A stretch of DNA of 64,000 nt from Acidobacteriota bacterium (GTDB lineage: Bacteria; Acidobacteriota; JAAYUB01): NCBI GenBank assembly GCA_018001935.1, contig JAGNHB010000005.1, positions 59,618 through 123,617 of the forward strand, in the 5' to 3' direction. Shown here piece by piece: positions 63,201 through 64,000 of this stretch. Within the stretch, counting starts at the first letter, position 1. Every line of letters starts with the position of its first letter. The notes beneath the pieces were generated by a model. It worked only from the letters and a program-made list of their open reading frames with translations, did no database searches and was not told the origin of the DNA. The translations under genes and the position numbers were made by a program.

Positions 63201-64000
63201 CAGGAGGAGATCTCCCGGCGGACCCAGCAGGAACGGATTCTGCTCAAGCAGTCCAAGCTCGCCGCCATGGGGGAGATGCTCGGGGCCATTGCCCACCAGT
63301 GGCGCCAGCCCCTGTCCACCCTGGCGATGATCGTGCAGAACATCCGCAAGGCCAGCGAGACAGGCCGCTTGAGCGACGCCTTCGTCGATCGCTCCGTCAG
63401 CGAGGCCATGACGCAGTGCAACTTCATGTCGCGAACCATCGAGGACTTCCGGAATTTCCTCAAGCCGGCGAAGGACAAGCGCGTCTTCGACGCCGCGGCC
63501 GTCGCCCGGGATGCCCTCTCCATGCTGGAGCCCCAGCTGAGCGCGCACCACATCGGGGTGGTCGTGTCGGTCGACGAGACGCGGCCCCCCCGGGTCCTCG
63601 GAGAGCCCAACGAGCTCAAGCAGGCCCTGCTCACCCTGCTGATGAACGCCCGGGATTCCGTCAACCTCCGGCGGGTCGTCGAAGGGCCCGACGCCGAGGG
63701 AACGATCGCCGTGACCCTCGTCAGCGGCCCGGAGTCGGTATCCATCGCGGTGACGGACACGGGGACCGGGATGACGCCCGAGGTCCTCGAGGGGCTGTTC
63801 CAGCCCTACTTTTCCACCAAGGACGAGCACAGCGGGACCGGCATCGGCCTGTACCTGGCCCGGACCATCGTGGAGATCGGCCTGGGCGGGAGCCTGACGG
63901 CCGTCAACGGGGAAAAGGGGGCCGTTTTCACCATCACCCTGCCCGCACAGCGGGAAAGCGAGGTATACGATGACCCGGAAAACCGGGAGCAACCCCTATC
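60279..64000 (+). CDS. Hybrid-architecture sensor histidine kinase: periplasmic Reg_prop beta-propellers + Y_Y_Y domain, TM, PAS, HisKA, HATPase_c; 3' end runs off the window
   Basis: It is absent from the ORF track because there is no stop in the window, and no listed + strand ORF uses this frame. My translation begins MLCRFRWTLVMLFSLGVLP...LWSTEQGLPNNSVIDLCLSRDGSLWLAT (propeller repeats). It continues through VRYRYRLEGYDTGWS (Y_Y_Y), the TM segment WFIVLAVVVLALAVFGVF, a PAS region, and AIAHQWRQPL (H box). It ends with DTGTGM and GTGIGLYLA (G boxes). Confidence 0.85.
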   Translation, partial: MLCRFRWTLVMLFSLGVLPRGIAAHIPGIDIVSGSPLVRLWSTEQGLPNNSVIDLCLSRDGSLWLATLEGLARFDGSEFEVFNETTSPGMNTSRLLSVVESRNGDLWAGSEASGLLHLRGGRWTRYDHRTGLPGNRIRDLCEDARGTLWVATDRGLARGGTAGFRPVALPAPWGRQEVLRLSPDPRGWLWVSFLNGVDPVAVDMEGRVLRGPSAQLSGYDACIVQADARGYLWLGCWTDGLWKLDARGLEKPVHVIEKKNVRSLACDPDGVVWVGSDPELYRVTAEGAAEKILTTGGDGRFLSLLADADHNLWVGFERVGLLRVGRPLVRMHATGLGGDGEIILSLADDHQGGVYVGTNGGGPVRWQDGRFARITAEVPQASWEREPVEGAHGARPPGTIPLQYVWAVLCDRRGRMWMGTERYGLWRKEGEGFISLRGGPDRHPLTVRCLMEDRAGNVWAGDQSGTLTRFDPRDAARTFGPADGLPGTAVISLLEGRDGTIWVGTIDRGAYRIKDGRIRAAGDHPALAGADVRVFREYPDGTLLVGTYGRGLFVISGGRTVRLSSREGFPTDIVSSLLSGGGWLWMGTNRGIYAVREPDLLAFALDPGRELWAVRIDREEGLVPEETNGGSQPAALRLPDGRLLFPTIRGIAEINPGDFEPDLNPPAVRIRKVRVNDRPVPTNAPIQLGAGSHNLAFEFGAVCLVGGDKVRYRYRLEGYDTGWSRPDPHRSVQYTGIPPGEYTFRVTACNSDGVWNPGGVSVRVSIAPHFYRTPWFIVLAVVVLALAVFGVFRWRTLAIRRRARGLSRMVDLRTADLRREVEERKTAEAALRESEAMFRSLAEESLVGVFIHQKGKVVYLNTQMAQIIGRDRAELVGRDPLLENVDAADRERLTEKLARLASGELRAAHFQFGAKRALDRQGYFEAYMAGIVFHGEPAVLGSLIDITERRLSETALADKTRQLEELTVYLEQRVQEEISRRTQQERILLKQSKLAAMGEMLGAIAHQWRQPLSTLAMIVQNIRKASETGRLSDAFVDRSVSEAMTQCNFMSRTIEDFRNFLKPAKDKRVFDAAAVARDALSMLEPQLSAHHIGVVVSVDETRPPRVLGEPNELKQALLTLLMNARDSVNLRRVVEGPDAEGTIAVTLVSGPESVSIAVTDTGTGMTPEVLEGLFQPYFSTKDEHSGTGIGLYLARTIVEIGLGGSLTAVNGEKGAVFTITLPAQRESEVYDDPENREQPL

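Noticed and set aside
59943-63992. 1349-aa minus-strand ORF, and similar very long ORFs in the track (1156..3834 -, 7421..9181 -, 13312..15405 +, 16443..18506 +, 28847..30748 +, 37311..39929 +, 43864..45918 -, 52203..54155 -, 56989..59607 -)
   Set aside because: Their translations are dominated by Arg/Pro/Gly/Ala/His low-complexity sequence. Each lies antisense to, or out of frame with, a gene that has clear family motifs. They are the classic shadow ORFs of high-GC DNA.

Overview
High-GC bacterial chromosomal window (by eye, high 60s % G+C). The organism is Gram-negative type, since lpxD, murJ and pilT are present. The lineage cannot be fixed from the sequence; the gene content is reminiscent of Acidobacteriota or Myxococcota, which is inference only.

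Coding content is mostly housekeeping:
- pilT (partial), valS, birA, ftsY
- GT9 and GT2 glycosyltransferases
- a TPR Ser/Thr kinase
- an sdhA-sdhC-sdhD-sdhB cluster
- an 11-ORF, one-strand aromatic supraoperon: aroB, aroD-aroE fusion, aroA-aroK fusion, aroC, DAHP synthase, trpE, trpG, trpD, trpC-trpF fusion, trpB, trpA
- rsmD, a J-domain/TPR protein, lpxD, murJ
- gcvT-gcvH-gcvPA-gcvPB
- a large Reg_prop/PAS sensor histidine kinase (partial)

Accessory content:
- a low-GC MNT/HEPN toxin-antitoxin cassette flanked by direct repeats
- a four-helix-bundle (23S rRNA IVS protein family) gene, plus a fragment of a second one
- a dockerin-bearing Asp-box propeller protein next to a cohesin-like secreted protein
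- a truncated sirtuin, a radical SAM protein and a multi-CxxC orphan

The most unusual property is the intergenic DNA. Nearly every long spacer, including spacers inside the sdh and trp operons, is filled with inverted-repeat elements. Their arms are built from 6-10 nt degenerate tandem words; at least ten word families occur. Three cassettes are bounded by GGACCAAA-type arms and filled with 16-27 nt GC-rich tandem arrays. There is a perfect 9-mer VNTR, a REP-like hairpin family with compensatory stem changes, and a two-copy ~350 nt structured element in divergent promoter regions.

No rRNA, tRNA or CRISPR array was recognised. Many long ORFs in the supplied track are antisense or out-of-frame shadow ORFs typical of high-GC DNA and were not called.
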